Both the position numbers and the translations under genes were made by a program. A stretch of DNA of 63,977 nt, counting the filler, from Catajapyx aquilonaris (lineage: Eukaryota): assembly GCA_000934665.2 (NCBI GenBank). It is 2 parts of 2 records of this genome, joined end to end, with 100 filler letters (N's around TTAATTAATTAA, not from the genome) between each part and the next. Parts side by side here need not be neighbours in the genome. Positions count along the whole stretch, not along the records: positions 1 to 31,945 come from JYFJ02004470.1; 1 more part is not named here. One strand, written 5' to 3'. The notes beneath the pieces were generated by a model. The model was not told where the DNA came from. It saw only the letters and a program-made list of their open reading frames with translations, and ran no database searches. The number at the start of each line of letters is the position of its first letter. Position 1 is the stretch's first letter. Positions 1 to 14,058 of this stretch are shown here, piece after piece.

Positions 1-1909
1 CCGGACAGCCTGGGTCCCCCTGCTGGGCTGCCACCACCCACAACATCTGTTTCAGAGCCAGGTCAGAGTCCAGACAGAACCTCCACCGGCGGCGCACTTA
101 CGTCCATCCTGACCGGTAACATGTCAGGCACCTCCGCGCAGCACACCAACAGTCCATCGCCGGTGTACTCACGGCCAACGGGCGCCCCTGCACCCGCATG
201 CTGGCCCGACCATGGCCGCCAAGCATGCGACGAGGTCACCAGCCCCAGTGTCGCCACGAACTGTCCATCACCACACCAAGATGTTACAGAAGTCGACCAC
301 TTGCCAGCTCCAACACAGGGCCAAAAGGATTAACTGGGAATGGGAGGGGAAAATGGGAGGAAAAGGATGGGTAAACCGCCACAAAAACACCTCACACGTG
401 GGTTCAAAAAGTTCAAAAAGAGTTCAAAAAGTTCAAAAAGTTTCTGTATACACACTGCTGGTCACGAGGTCTTACAATGGGCTCACTCACAAAAAAAATG
501 TTACCACCATTGTTGCACACTACAACAACAAAACTATGCCGTAAAAAACCAATTATTGAAAAAAAAATCCACAAAAGAAACAACCAAGGCAAGCACCTCT
601 GAGCTGCTAACAATGCACAACAAACAAGTCCATTGCCAGCAACTCCATAGTGGCCGAGCTCCTATTCAAGCAATAGGAGTCACCCCCATGACAGCAAAAC
701 TCAAGGGTGCCAAAACAGGCAAAACACCCGAAAAGGGAGGAAGGGCATGCCGAACTCAAAACATGCCGCCCTCCGCTTCTTACGTTGTCCTGAAACGTAG
801 AAGCCCGAGTTCCGCGGCTTTCATAAAAGCCGCCAGTACCAGCTTACCCAAAACTGGCACCAGGAGGAACTACTCGATCGCACCAGTCGACCTCATCACC
901 CCACATGTCGACGCCCTAACCCCGCCTGGCAACCAGAAAAACCAGGCGAGCAAAAACATCGACTACCTTCGCCATGTCTCAACATGGCCATCTGGCTCTC
1001 TTTTGTCTCACAAAAAGGCCGGAAGGGGGGATTTAATGCACTGCATCTCATTTACAGAAAAATGACATGAAGTTCAGGAAGGTCAAAACCACTATTAAGC
1101 GAAATGGACGTTTGCACCTTCCTGGGTGTGCCTGGATGACGCAACAATAGTCACCCAAACAACCAAGCCAGCCTTCGCCTTCTCCTCAAAGGCAGTGGGC
1201 GGTGACTCGTCCACCCGCCCACCTGAGGGCTGGCCCCTGGGGCGCACACCACACCTCCACCGAGGCAGGGCGCACCCCGGTACCTCCAGTGATGAACTGG
1301 CGGTACCCTTGCACCGCTGGGTGGCGCTGTACCACAGCGCGAGTCCCTCGATTAACCAAATCGGTGGACTCCACCCAAGCCACGGGCAACAGTCTGAACT
1401 GTTCGCCCCGGGTCCGTGCAAATGCTACACTACGGGGTTTAAAAAAAACCCGAGGTAATAGACCCACGTTAAGGGCGCCAATGTGACGTTAAGGGCGCCA
1501 ATGTGACGTTAAGGGCGCCAATGTGACGTTAAGGGCGCCAATGTGACGTGCCCGCCCGGCTAAAGAGGGCACGACACATGGGACCAGACCCAGACACACA
1601 CCAGGCCTAGCCCCGACCCCTTTCTCCCACTCACCCCAGACAAAGGAGTCACACAGTTCCTGTATAAAACTGTTTATTGCACACTCACAATCATACCCAG
1701 CATACACACAGAACACTTACGCACAGGACATGGGGCCCAACGGCCCCCCAGACACAGGACACCAGGAGGTCACCTCCAACCCAACCACCCTGTCCCCTTG
1801 CCTCGCCTCGTCTCTTCACCTTCCCTCAACATCCGCCAGGTGGCTCCCCACCCTATCCACCGTGCTGCCCTCTGTTGGCAGCAGCCACTACAATAGGCAG
1901 ACTGCCACA
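1..1909 (-). mobile_element. 5' portion of an LTR retrotransposon (Gypsy/Ty3-like): 5' LTR 1909-1542, PBS, long non-coding leader running off the left edge
   Basis: On the minus strand a 368-bp segment starts TGTGGC (1909) and ends GTCACA (1542), i.e. TG...CA with a short imperfect terminal inverted repeat, and contains AATAAA (~1673-1678). One nt later comes TGGCGCCCTTAACGT, close to the tRNA-Lys1,2 PBS TGGCGCCCAACGTGGGGC. GC content is higher than the flanking intron. No recognisable gag/pol within the window. Confidence 0.75.
1461..1549 (-). repeat. 20-bp tandem repeat x4 containing the LTR terminus plus primer-binding site
   Basis: Four identical copies of ACGTTAAGGGCGCCAATGTG (minus strand CACATTGGCGCCCTTAACGT). 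Confidence 0.95.
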
Positions 1910-2789
1910 AATTACCAATCGTTATAGCTTGTGAGGTTAATCGTCTTCTCTGGTTATAGCTAATAATTATCCTAATATTGTCGCGAAATAAGTCCAGCTT
2001 TGAGGGCTATAGAGAGGTATACTGCGGGATTAAATTAGGTGCAAGGCGTATTGCTCGAATTGCCACGTGTTGCTGTAAACCCGATCGATGCGAAACCAAT
2101 ACGCTCAGTAAATTCTGCCAACTTCCACTGAATTCCTGGTTCTTAAAGCAGGCTTATTTGTGGAGATAAATTCAGCCATCGGAATCAAACATCCGCAATC
2201 TTCAATAGATTACGAGATAGGATGGAAAAAGGTTTCTATAGTAGTATAAGAGGGAAGCTATTGAATCTACCTGAATGGAATATAATTTTTGAGAGTGCAG
2301 ATGCGCATATTGCCGAAGTCAAATTACACGGTGCTTCTTTTCCACGTTTCCTCCTGAGACTGCCGGAGCATATTGCTAGAGTGTTTGGTAGCAAATGAGT
2401 GGAGCGGGACCAATTAGAGGAGAGCAATTAATCTCATGGGATGTACTTGTGAGGACGGGTCATGAATCCAAAATTGAGGAAAAAGGGAGTGAAAGGATTT
2501 TGATGTTACTGGAAAGATGATGCCAAGTAATAATGCAATGTAAGGCTCACATTACTAAATAAACGGGATGAATAATTGAAAATGTTTTCTGCGATGTGTC
2601 TGGTCCGTCACTGCATCACTTATGGAAGACCCTTTGAAACTAGAACTAGTTCTAATTGGAAGCAATTGCTACTAAGCTACTTATTTAAACCTCATTAAAA
2701 CTGACAGAAACTCGTTTGAAATAGCACTCAAGGAAATCCAGCTTAAAGATGACATATCTTACCTTTTAACTCTTCAATTTAATATGTTA

Positions 2790-2945
2790 CTAGAAAACCA
2801 CTCGCTTTGCTCTCGAGATGTTTACCTGCCGCCCACCAGCGAGCGAATGAATAGTTCCGTATCCCATTGCGCACGCGCAGAACAGGGGCCAATCAGAAGC
2901 CTCGGTCGCACAACGCGACCTTGGTAAGGATTTTAATAATATAGA
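2790..2945 (-). mobile_element. Mini non-autonomous Helitron
   Basis: Minus strand starts TCTATATTATT after an A and ends ...CGAGAGCAAAGCGAGTGGTTTTCTAG before a T. This gives 5'-TC, a short subterminal hairpin, 3'-CTAG and an A|T insertion site. Confidence 0.55.
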
Positions 2946-3656
2946 TGAAAAAGTATAACCAGGGTGACTTACTTTTCAATAACAAATATTAGATTTCGCA
3001 TTTTTTCTTCTATTCCGAGGCATAATACAGTGCGCCGTACTGTACCAATGAAATTATCATGATGTCTCCGGGAAAAAGGAGAACTAACCTGGGAAAATCG
3101 TTTACTCCAAATAACCCTCCTTTTCTCCGAGAGCCTCATCCTCCTGAGAAGGTGAAGCGGAAACGGAAAATATGTAAAAAGGGGGAAGATGGTGGATTGC
3201 AGAAATTCAACGATGCTCTGGAGCTGTATATATATATACGGGGTTGGTTCTCCCGGATAAGCATTGCAGCCTCTCTGAGAATGTCAGGCAGCGAAATGAG
3301 GCGGCCAAGAGGAAATAGACACTGGGTTTTCTCCAGAGCAATTTGGGCCTTGCAAGTAAGTTACGTACTTAGATGGGTGGGAAGGAAAATTGCAATAGTC
3401 GTGTTTCCTCCACAGGAACTAAGAATGTTCCGGACCTATTTTTATAAAAGTTAATCTTTGAAAGTGCTTAATTCTGGTTAATCGAGATTAAGGTGGTTGG
3501 CTTGCAGAGGCCGTTTTCAGGGGGGGAAGGTACATAGAACATCATTACTTGGAAATTGTGAGAAGTGGGATTGGTCTAACTGCTCTTGAAGCTGATAGGT
3601 GCTGAACAATGAGGAAATTTAACGAGTAGATAAAATATACACAAAATTGTACTGAC

Positions 3657-3791
3657 TTTTTTGTCATTGTTGTGGAGTACATGAGGCAGGGCGTAGCCAG
3701 AAGCATGCTAGATGTCCAGATGAGGAATATTGCTACTCTGGCGCAGCACTTTGACATCCGAGGCTTCAGAGGTCGAACAATAGCCAGATAC
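3657..3791 (-). CDS. TkR86C: Tachykinin/natalisin receptor TkR86C-like GPCR, coding exon 3 (end of DRY motif to TM4)
   Basis: Encodes (R)YLAIVRPLKPRMSKCCARVAIFLIWTSSMLLATPCLMYSTTMTK. Acceptor TTGCAG|G, donor AA|GTCAGT. The phase-2 join with exon 2 rebuilds the DRY motif. Later exons were not found in the window. Confidence 0.9.
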
Positions 3792-6700
3792 CTGCAATGC
3801 ACAAGAAGGCACTTTTAAGCTGTGATTTTTTTTGTTGGTAACAGTTGACAAAAGAGGTTGTCAATATACACCGCAGGAATAAAAGCGGGCTTAGAAACTC
3901 TTTGAAGTTACACAACCTTGACCTTTAACCGGTTTAACACTGAGACTGGGTAAACTTAAAGTGGACCCGGTTACAGGATAAACTTGCCTCATTGTTCTAA
4001 CATTTTGCATCAAAATCTAAATTTGCAAAATGCAATTCGCAACTCAGCACTGTGGTCCATTGGGACAAAGCAGACTACTAAATCCGTGCTCATTACATTC
4101 TGCACAAAACTATTTCAATATGTTGCAAACTCTGGGTTCCCCGCCACTCCTTATTTGCGGTTTGCATATTTAGCAGCGTGTAACAGGCGTTGCTCCATCC
4201 TACAGTAAAACCAAACAACGTTTGAAGCTTTGGGGACCAGTGGGAAACGCCCCTCACTACAAACGGAGAGAAAAAGAGAAACTCCAATGAATATTAAACA
4301 TATTTGCACATTGTTGGAATTCCATCTGGGAGGGTGGTTATATACTGTGGAGGAAGTCTCTAAAGCAATTGGATGCCGTGAAATTTTTGTAAAAAAACAA
4401 AGCGGTATATCATCTGGTGTATGGCCACATTTTCAAAATTCCGCGACAGTTTTTTTTTTCCCGGGAAAATAAAGCGGAAGGGCTCATATCGGAAGATAAA
4501 CGCTGCGGCGTGTCCAGCAGGACAAGGCAGATATATCTTTGAAACACGAGTCCTTTGTGTGACTAAAAGCCAGTGGGCAGTATTTACATTGATCAGAATT
4601 TTTTTGCCTTATATAAAACACAGTAACATACTGCAGTGAGCCGGTTACCTTTGAACTCTTGGAGAAAAAGTATCAGACAGGCACAGGTTTAACACTGAGA
4701 CTGGGTAAACTTAAAAGTTCTAAGTAGGGTCCTATACCTACATTTTAATCCTTAAGCTGTTAAAGGAGAGATTTGTAATTGTTGAACTCTGACATGTTCC
4801 TTGAAGCACAGCAAAGTTTTGTTGAAATAGATGTTCATGATTGCTGGTAGCAATTAGAGAAAGTAGAACAATCTGTGTTTAACCGATTCTGAACACCAGG
4901 CCTCATTAACCGTATTAAAACCTGAGCTTACTTTCTGCTGACGTCAGCAATGCGATAAAATATCTCTCCAGTAATCATCCAGCATTGCTAATTAAACATG
5001 CCCCACAATACCAACCGCTCCGTAATGACCACATGTCCACGCATTATTATCCTGGGATTTTCAGACATTTTTTTTGCCCAGCCCTGGACACAGTTTGAAC
5101 AGAGGAATTTTTATCCATCCTTTTGAAGCCTGACAAACGATCCGAATGTTTCATTGGATCGACACTATCAACCAGCTTGGCCACACAAAATTGAAAACGC
5201 AGCCAAAACTTTGTCAACATCAGATTTTTCCTATTCATCACATTTTTAGTTGAGTGGACCTGACTCGGCGAATCATTTGTGTTTATTATTCACACAACCA
5301 GCGTCGATGATTGGATATTGAGCCACTATTGTTGTGATGATGGCGGTTCCTTGAGGGTATATAAGAGAAGGAAATGGGATGGAAGAGTGTGCTTGCGATT
5401 TAATTGGTTAAATTAGATGCAGCGAGAGAGAGAGATTGGATGAATTGGCATCGAAGAAGATGAGGGGCTTAAGGATGGCGCCGCAGAGCTGACAAGCTGC
5501 AGTAATGAGACGAAGGAGCATGCTGGGAATACGATGTGTTACATCAGGCCTTGATGTAAAGTGATTTCCAGACCTAGTGAACTTGACCTTTCCCAGGATA
5601 AAATGGATGGGGGTCCAAATATTTTGCTAAGAAAATTATTGTCATTTACTGTTTTTAATGTACAACGTATAACATTTGTCTAAAAAGTAATAGAAGCTTT
5701 GAGAGACGCCTACACTGCTTCTTCTGTAATCATGTTAAGTTACGCCCACCCAGTAACCACTGATAAAAACAGATTTGAAAACTTTTGCCATTATAATCCA
5801 ATACCTCCCTTTTTCATACAGTCACACTGCTTTGGACGAAGAAAAGTTATTAGACGTATCCCAGCTGGAGGGAATGAGGTGAAGTCATTTCCGAGCAGTT
5901 TTCTCAGAGGAAGAAAATGACGTTAATATTCACACCAGCAGCATGGAAGAGTCTTCTAAGCTCGTGCTGGTGCAACAGTAATTGCAAGTATTTTTTACTG
6001 TAATGAGATGCAGAACAGCTTCGTTTCTTTGGTGAAGTTTGGAGAAACTGTTCACATAAAACGGCAGCTAATATTGTGTTTAGAAGACTTGAAATGCGAC
6101 GTGTTGACATCTTTGGGGAGCAACACCCTTTGGGATGATGTGAATGCAGAAGCGGGCTTATGTATATTTAATGAAGTTTTAGGAGAGTTCCCAGTGTGGG
6201 TAGGTGTTTATTGTGACTCGTTTGCGGCCGGAAATGTGTAATGTTATTTTGAGTTTCCTTTTGGGAAGGAAAAGTTTGCGCTTCGCCGGTTTCGCATGGT
6301 TGCTTCAAGCGAGTTTTGAACAATCAAAACTTTGCTCTTTGTATGCCATCAGTGTATGACGTTTTGCTGTTACTGTATGCATTGTATACACGGGGGGTTA
6401 CTGCTTAACCTAGTAACACAGCTAGAGCCAGCCCTATTTACATCAGCCTCAAATCCTCTTTAATTAATCTAGGCGGATGCGAAATCACGCCTTATCAGCC
6501 AATTTGGTCCTAGTCGTCCCCAGAACTTTCAGGTGTCTAAATCTCTCGCCAGTGCAAATGTTGCTGCGAATATGGAAGCCACGGCTAACCCAACACCCCT
6601 ACAGCGAATTATGCAAATGCCTGTGTCCCTTCCACACCGCCAATGCAACCCCAGGTTTCGTGGCAGCGAGTCCGTATTAAGGCTGTGGCTTATCATACAC

Positions 6701-7099
6701 CGGGTTCCAAAATTTAATCCACTGCGCATCAGACCCGTTTGTCTAGGGAAAAATGAAACGGGGCCAAACAAACGTAGCATGTAAGACAATTCGCATGAAA
6801 TTTGGTGATCTTAAGTTAGACCTAATTCGGATAGGTTAGGTTTAACTAATTAATCAAGAAATGCCTACCTTCCTACATAATATAAGACACTACTGTTAGA
6901 TTTTCAGTAATTATGTTAGGTCATTTGCCCATAAAAATAAAAATAAATATTTAAAAATGTAACGAAAAATAATTCGGGCCTCTCTGGGTTCAATATAATT
7001 GAATAGAAAATTGATAAGTATGACATATAGGATGTTCCGACCCAGCCCATAGTTCACATAGTTGATGGGAGGTCTATTAGAGACTACCGAATGACAAAT

Positions 7100-7850
7100 G
7101 TATTGTCGTTCCCTGAACTGTCAGGCGTCTGTCCCAGTTGTTTTAAAGTTGTATTGGACAGGACGTTTCGATTCCCGATGCGAATTTATTTTTGCTGAGC
7201 GGGCACGCCCATTCAGTCTTCATTGGATTGGTAATTGGTCTGCGGTGTGTCAATGGGATCGCCAATTACGGCAATGCTTGCAGATGTACGTGTCGTGACT
7301 TCAAACGTTAATAAAATGGTCATGATTTTAACTACATTACACCAACATGCTGACTGTGCCCCTAATTTCAATTGCTTTGGTAAACTTATTTTGATTGAGA
7401 AATTGTTGCCTATTTTGCACTTGTTGAAAAGGGCACAGTAATGGAGTTCTGAAAATACCCTCTCAATACAGGACATGCCCTAAAAATTTCTCTCCGATAT
7501 GAGGGTTCAACCATCCAGTAGAGTGCAATGAAACCCTATGAATAACACCTTTCATCTCCCATGGCCTCTGCCCTCTCTAATGGAATCCTTATCTGAAGCA
7601 TTTCTGTCAGAGAATATTACCTGGCCTGTGTGGACCTTTAGAGTTTAATCAACGGGAGAGAACAAACTCAATTATAACTGCGGTATATAAGCCGATGGTT
7701 AACCGCACCCTGTTGTGGACAAAAGTCGATTGTTTTCCAATTTGTTTGATTCGTGCAACCAATTTTTATACTTCGTCCTCAGCACAGTGTGGGCGTATAG
7801 AATGAGATCCGGTCTTTTATATCCCTCCCACGTTTCGCAGGTGTTGAAGT
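7100..7850 (+). pseudogene. Decayed Penelope-like retroelement RT fragment in TkR86C intron 2
   Basis: GVSMGSPITAMLAD at ~7244-7285 resembles the Penelope-type RT motif GxxMGSPxSxxLA. A downstream ITAVYKP-like segment lies at ~7673-7695. Multiple stops and frameshifts; boundaries approximate. Confidence 0.45.
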
Positions 7851-10800
7851 GTGGGTTTCTTCACATTCCCTGATAGATTTCTGCCGCACGAGATTTCAAT
7901 ATTGCTTCGCACGCTGAATGCAAGCCTGTGTGAATCGCGAATGAAAATTTTACTGTCGATTTCGCCATCTCTTTAAGAGAAGATGGAAATGCTGGATTGC
8001 AAAAAAAAGTGCAGTACTTTTAGAATTTCATACATGGCGAGAACATGCACCAAAAAAACATCAATCACACTTGATGTTACGTTCACCTTGTATTTGCCCT
8101 TAGCATGAGGCAGTGCCCCTGTTGGCTCCCTTATCTTCGTTTTTACCGCCTGTAATTTACCCTGAAGTGGCACTTAATTTCCTGCCGGTACTCTTGTTCG
8201 GTGACCACTCTTTCGCAGTGTTGACCGATTTTTTTTGCAGTGTATGCTGTTTTTTTTCTTCTTTCTAAAGAGAAGAGGAGGGAAAAAAGATTCCAGCACT
8301 CTAATCAGCGGCGAACTGATCCCTTCGGAGAAGATCTACTCAAGAGTCGAGGTTTTCTTTCTCTTCTTTCTTCCTTTTCCTCTTCTCCTCGTGTCATTAT
8401 CGGTCTGGAATCAACGTCTTTCCTATCTCACTGGAAGATCCTTTGCGTGTACCCGCCAAGAAAAGTCTTTAAAAAAGTCTGGACAAGTTTATTTCCACTT
8501 GCTTTGTGTAGTTTTTCGTCCTGTAGAGTATTAAAGGTCGTACTTAAGACAGTTTACTTAATGTCATTTGAGACTTTCTGCACACAAGAATTTAGTATTG
8601 TCATTATTTATTTATTTATGCTGTTGTTTGGTGAAACATGAGACGAATCAAAAGACATCATCAATGTATTGTTGTTATTTATATATATATTTTTAAAATT
8701 TCAGATATCTGGGTGAGTGTCCAGTGACTGCAAGTGTACAAAACAGCGTCGCTCAACAACAAGTATAAGGTCACCACCTGTCACCACAAGGTAGGTCAAC
8801 TTTTTGCTAAAACATGTTCCCATCCAATCCGTGCAGTAGTCTAGTGTCAGAATATCATCCCAGTCCTGCCCCCAATAATGCTGGCATATTAATGCCAACC
8901 CGAATTATCTTGCGCCCATTTAACAATTGCCGGCGCAATTTCCCGCCGTTTACACGCGTCCGATTATGCTCGTTACCCAGTTTATCAATCGAGGTCACAC
9001 TTTACACGACGGTTTATTATTTTAGTCACTTGCACCGCGGCCTGCTAATGACCTTTTTGCGGTATGTTTCTGCCGTTTGCAAAAAAAAAAGGGGGGGGGG
9101 CAGTTTAATCAGGTCGGAAATTACACTTGCTCCTATCTCTGCTGCATACCGTACAGTGCTGGATATTAATTCCGTCATACTGCTAGCGACATTTTCTGTT
9201 GCGGCAGACATGCACACCGAGAGTGCGAACCGTGCGAGTAAGAAATGGTAGGCCTTGGGTGGCGTCACTGGCTGGGGATAAGCCTTTTCTGCAAGGACCC
9301 CCCAGCCGGTGACGTCACTCAAAGCCTACCTCTTCTTACTGAAACGGCTCTATCACTTCGATTTGCACTTCTGCCGCATCATGGCAACATATACCAGTAT
9401 TACGATGAGCTATACATATAAAGCGTATTCGTGGCTAAACACCTGAGGTTTACATGCCATGGCAATAATTAGGCCACCACTACAAAGGTAGTACTATTTC
9501 AGATAAATGGAATATAGACATTCACAACTCGACGCTATTCCGGGCATGCTTTTGAAGCATTCTAACTACGGATTGGGCTAGGAATTCCGTACACGCCATG
9601 ACTTAAAGCCAGAGCAAAAACAAACTGTCACATTCTCTGGAAACTTTTTCCACTGCTCACCTTGATTGATTAGCATTTTGAGACCTCAGGTTGGGTAAAC
9701 ACGTCTTCTGCAAGTTTTGGCACGCCCTTTTGTCTTTTGGCTCATACACAAAGAGTCTTGGGCAAGGTCTGGGTTCCCAAAGGCAATTTTCTGGGTGGTG
9801 GTTTCGTCCAAGAACTTGTTTTGACAAAATGTCGTCTCCAGGATTCGATTCTGGCCCCTGCACTTCTGGCCTTTGAGCAAAAGGAAGGAGGAGGAGGACA
9901 CTTGCTTTCGATCCTCTTGGCACTAGAGCAAACCTACTGTGCCTGGCAGTACTACAATCGGATGATGGATGTGCGGTATCGATGCCAACTTCTGTCTGTA
10001 CTTCGTGGTGGGTTGTACATCCCGTTGGGAAAGCACGACGACAGCAGGGGTATGAATAATTACGATGGTACAGTAATTGAATTTGTGCGAGGACGTGCCG
10101 ATCAAGGGTGGGTCGCAGCTCAATGGAAGATTTAAATAATTAAGTACTTCAGCAAGGTCGGACGTCAATAATGATATCGCTCATTAGGGCCATTCACACA
10201 GAAGTTTCGGAACTGAGATATTCCCATGTGACATTTGACCTTATGTATTACTAAATTAGACGGGAAGTTGGGAAGGAAGGTATGCATTTTAGATTTTTTT
10301 CTCATCGAGAAAAAGTTTTGGATGTCCGTGGCCTAAACCGCAATAGATATTGACAAAGGTTTTCGGATTCCGATTCAGAGACCCATAAAACCTTTAATGG
10401 TTAACTTCCGGTGACTGGCCACATCCGGTTTTCCGGGTTCATTATATCCGTCAAGGTCAAGTTACAGGTCCTTATAAACCGGAAATGCGACTGACAACAT
10501 TCTATGTCATTGTTGTCCAGTTGGAATTTCCTTGGCAATGAGAAAATGTCTACTCGAATCACGCTCACATGATTTGTCCCTCTTGTTTACATGCTATTTA
10601 GGAGTGATAGCAGCTTAACTTAAAGTAAGCAGCTTGTAACCCAAATAAAAGCTCGAGTTAGCCCAATTAATGCTTAATTATAATCGCAAGACTGATGCAC
10701 GCATAGTAGAAGGTTCCTTGGAAACATGTCTTCCTGTACTGCACCGGCATGCTAATTACATCCCATGCAGTAAGTTCAAGTACAAGCCTCTTCCTGAGAC

Positions 10801-13800
10801 TGGGCACTGATTAGGTCCGGTTCCTTTATTCAGAGGCGACCCAGGGAGAGGTAGGGCCCTGTGATTAAAAGGCAACGGAGCAGGAATTTAACCCCCTCCC
10901 CCCCCCCACCCAACACACTCTGGGGGGGCTTCAAAATCCGGTTGCTCCCCAAGATGGTCTGTAGTCGAAGGCTGTAAAATTTGCGGAGGGTGCATTTAAT
11001 CAAGGAGGAGAGGAGGACACGCCCTGGGAATAGCACGTCAGCTGTGTATACTATAAGGCGATGGGGAAGACCTATTTCAGTTTATGTCCCACCTTTTTCG
11101 GTAGTTTCACATACTTGGACCGAATTGATCCGGAGAAATGGTGTCATACACTGTAAGGACATTCTTTGCAGAAGTGTAATTACAGGGTGCAAAGGAAATA
11201 TTGCTTTACTTTAAGTCGTTCATATCCTGCAGTACAGAGGCTAGGTTTTGTAAAGGTTTAATCGATTGTTAGGGCCGAATATCTCTAATTGACATTTCTT
11301 CCTTTCATAACTGACTGGTATCAAGGACTTGTCCATTAATTCGTTGAAAGGGTTTTTTTAGTACACAAAAGGAATCGAAGTTGGAGGTAATGACTTATCG
11401 ATCTTTATAGGAAAAAAAGGAGGGCTCTATAGGTCATTAAACGTTCCAATTCGCTCCCTGTATATACATATTTCTTTCTATCGCCACCGTTCTATTCTCT
11501 TGGTCTATTGACTACATTCAGGAAAAAAAAACCCATGTCCCATGCTTTTTGACGTGTATTGTGGGGATGTCCTGCATTTAAAATGTCCATTGATCATTAG
11601 ACATAGTTTGAGTAACATAATGATGATTAGACATTTGCACGATTTGACAACACCACAGTGTAATTTGGGTTGCATATATGCAGGGATGAAGTACCTTTAA
11701 TTTAAATCATAAGCTTAAAATAAGCTGTATAAAGACTAATACAGAAAAAATATGAAACTTGTCTGCTCACAGGTTGTAAAATCGTGGGGCTTTCGTGCTT
11801 CGATTTTTTCATGCAGTCTAAATTATTAACCAACAGTTTAGCACCAAACTGTTGATACAAGCGAGACGCTTTGAAGTTTTTGAATTACGCTCAGAGCAAA
11901 GTGGGTGCTTTGCTCTATAGAAAATACGCCCCACACGCCCAGCCTTATTGCTATAAACCTATCATCAATACCCGCTAGAAAGTAAATACCTATAACACCA
12001 TTTTACCTCCAAACTTACGTCCAGGTCGGCTTCTTGCACTCCAAAAAAAAAACTAGAAAAAAAGTTGAGCCTTCGAACCCCTACAGAAGGCTTTAGAAAG
12101 TGTCTATAAGATGCTTTACCAACATGTGAAGAGAGACATGTTTCACTCGCTATCTTCTACTTCAGTTATCTAGGAAGCGCTCTTAAAGTTTGAAGAGCGA
12201 GAGGAAAATAAATGTTTTGAAGGGCCTCTTTTGGAACCTTGTATACACGACGGGGGTTTTGACATTTTCATGTCCCGCCCTCCCCCCACCTCCTCTTCCC
12301 CTTTCTCCCCATGGCATGGGGAGGCCTCGAATTGGCTCACCCTGCAGGTTCCATGCTGCTCTCGGAGACTGTCATCGGCAGTCATCTCGTCGCTTCAGGG
12401 CATGGCGACAAATTTGTGTTGCATCAGATAAATCCGCGTCGATTCATGCGGGACAAACAGGGGTCCCTGAGGAGACTGAGTCTAAACTGCTTGAATTATT
12501 TCACTCTAGATGGGATTTAATTTCACGTGATTCAGCTGGATGCAACCCACTCCGGACAACTCGGCTGAGTGTGATAAGAATCTGGTGCCAAATGCATAAA
12601 CTATTAAGTAACACCAGTAGTCATTAAAGATATGCAAATTTTCAGTTAAATTACAGAATAGCAGTGCTATTGCGTAAAGTGTCTGAATGTTATCGGTTTG
12701 CCCGTTTTAGAGTGATGAATTTGTGTGTCAAGTTGATTTACTGCGTTTCATATCTGCTAGTCACAAGTAATGCTGATGTTATCAGTTACTGTGACGTAGC
12801 ATTGATGTCCTCTCACAGATTTTTGCCTATACGTTTCTGCGGGGCTGTCAGGCGACGCGACGTGACAAAATAAATTGAGCAAGTAAATTTAAAGTCCATG
12901 GAGTGCTGATTTAGTAGCTGCATTTCCACAACAGCCGTGTCAACTGAAGGTTATATTAAATTCTTGCAGTCGACAGTTTAAAAATAATATACAGAAGGGT
13001 CTAAGATCTCTGCGAATTTTTGAGCTTTTTTTGTTCAATGTTGTACACTATCCCAAATTTGCATATATTACACGCACATGTCTGGATAATAGTACCACTC
13101 ATTGTGAAGTTATTCCTGGAGTTGTTATCGGAAGTCCGAATTAAATCCCACGCTTTGGGAAAATTGCATCAAGTGATACAAGCGGAGATTGGCTTATTTG
13201 CATCAGTCACTAGGAAATCGTTACTGGTAATCGATACGGTGTGCAAGTCTGTAGTGAGTACTTGCTATAGAAGGTCTATAGGTTTCCAAGCACTCGTTTT
13301 CTTTCTTTTTAGCGTAGCAAGATTGAAGTCATGATGAGGTCTCGATGGTATATGAAAATATTGGAAATCAATTTTTGTTAGGTTGTGTTTCAGCTTTTCA
13401 AATGTGGAACAGCCTTTGGAACTGTGGTGGCTTATTTGATATAAAAATTACAGGTTAAAAATGTAGGCTAATATATTTGGGTCTTGGTGACAATAATTGT
13501 GTTGACTGGACAATGCAAATATATTTTTATTCGGCGCAGGAATTTCATGGTTATGAGTGTCACTGCAAAATGCAATACAGCAAGTGTGTTAAGCATTTAC
13601 AATGAACATGTCAGTATTTATATTGAGTTCAAATATGTTGTGATATTGACAGTTATTAATGTCATATTATGCAATGAATAGGAAACGGTTTATTAAATAC
13701 ATATTCATATTGCCAATTTAACATTTAATGAAGTGCAGTATTAATTACATGAATGTACAGTTGGATAATTAGTTAATGTGGTTCCATGGCTCTTGGCTGT

Positions 13801-14058
13801 AATTACATTCTGCAATTGTCTACGTAGCAAATTGAAAAATGATTTAAATAGGAAAATAAGTGTTAATTGCTGTTTCAACTGAAAAGTTCGTTCACCTTCC
13901 ACTTCAGTTAAAAGCTGGATTTCTCCACCTACTTAAATTGACAGCATGAAAGTGACACATGTTCCAGTCCCCTCCCTCCTTGCCCTTATTTGAACAATTC
14001 CTCTTCTCTTTCTGTCCGATAAAAGCTGAGAGAAAGAGACATGGGTTGAGTGACTTAC

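Noticed and set aside
340..1065. 241-aa Lys-rich ORF
   Set aside because: Antisense to the LTR element leader, driven by A-rich low-complexity sequence (GTTCAAAAA repeats); no recognisable domain.
1978..2520. Possible decayed LINE 3' region
   Set aside because: Only vague resemblance, with many stops; not supportable without a profile search.
9657..10168. Cluster of overlapping ORFs (up to 132 aa) in the GPCR intron
   Set aside because: No motif, no consistent start or exon chain; could be TE debris.
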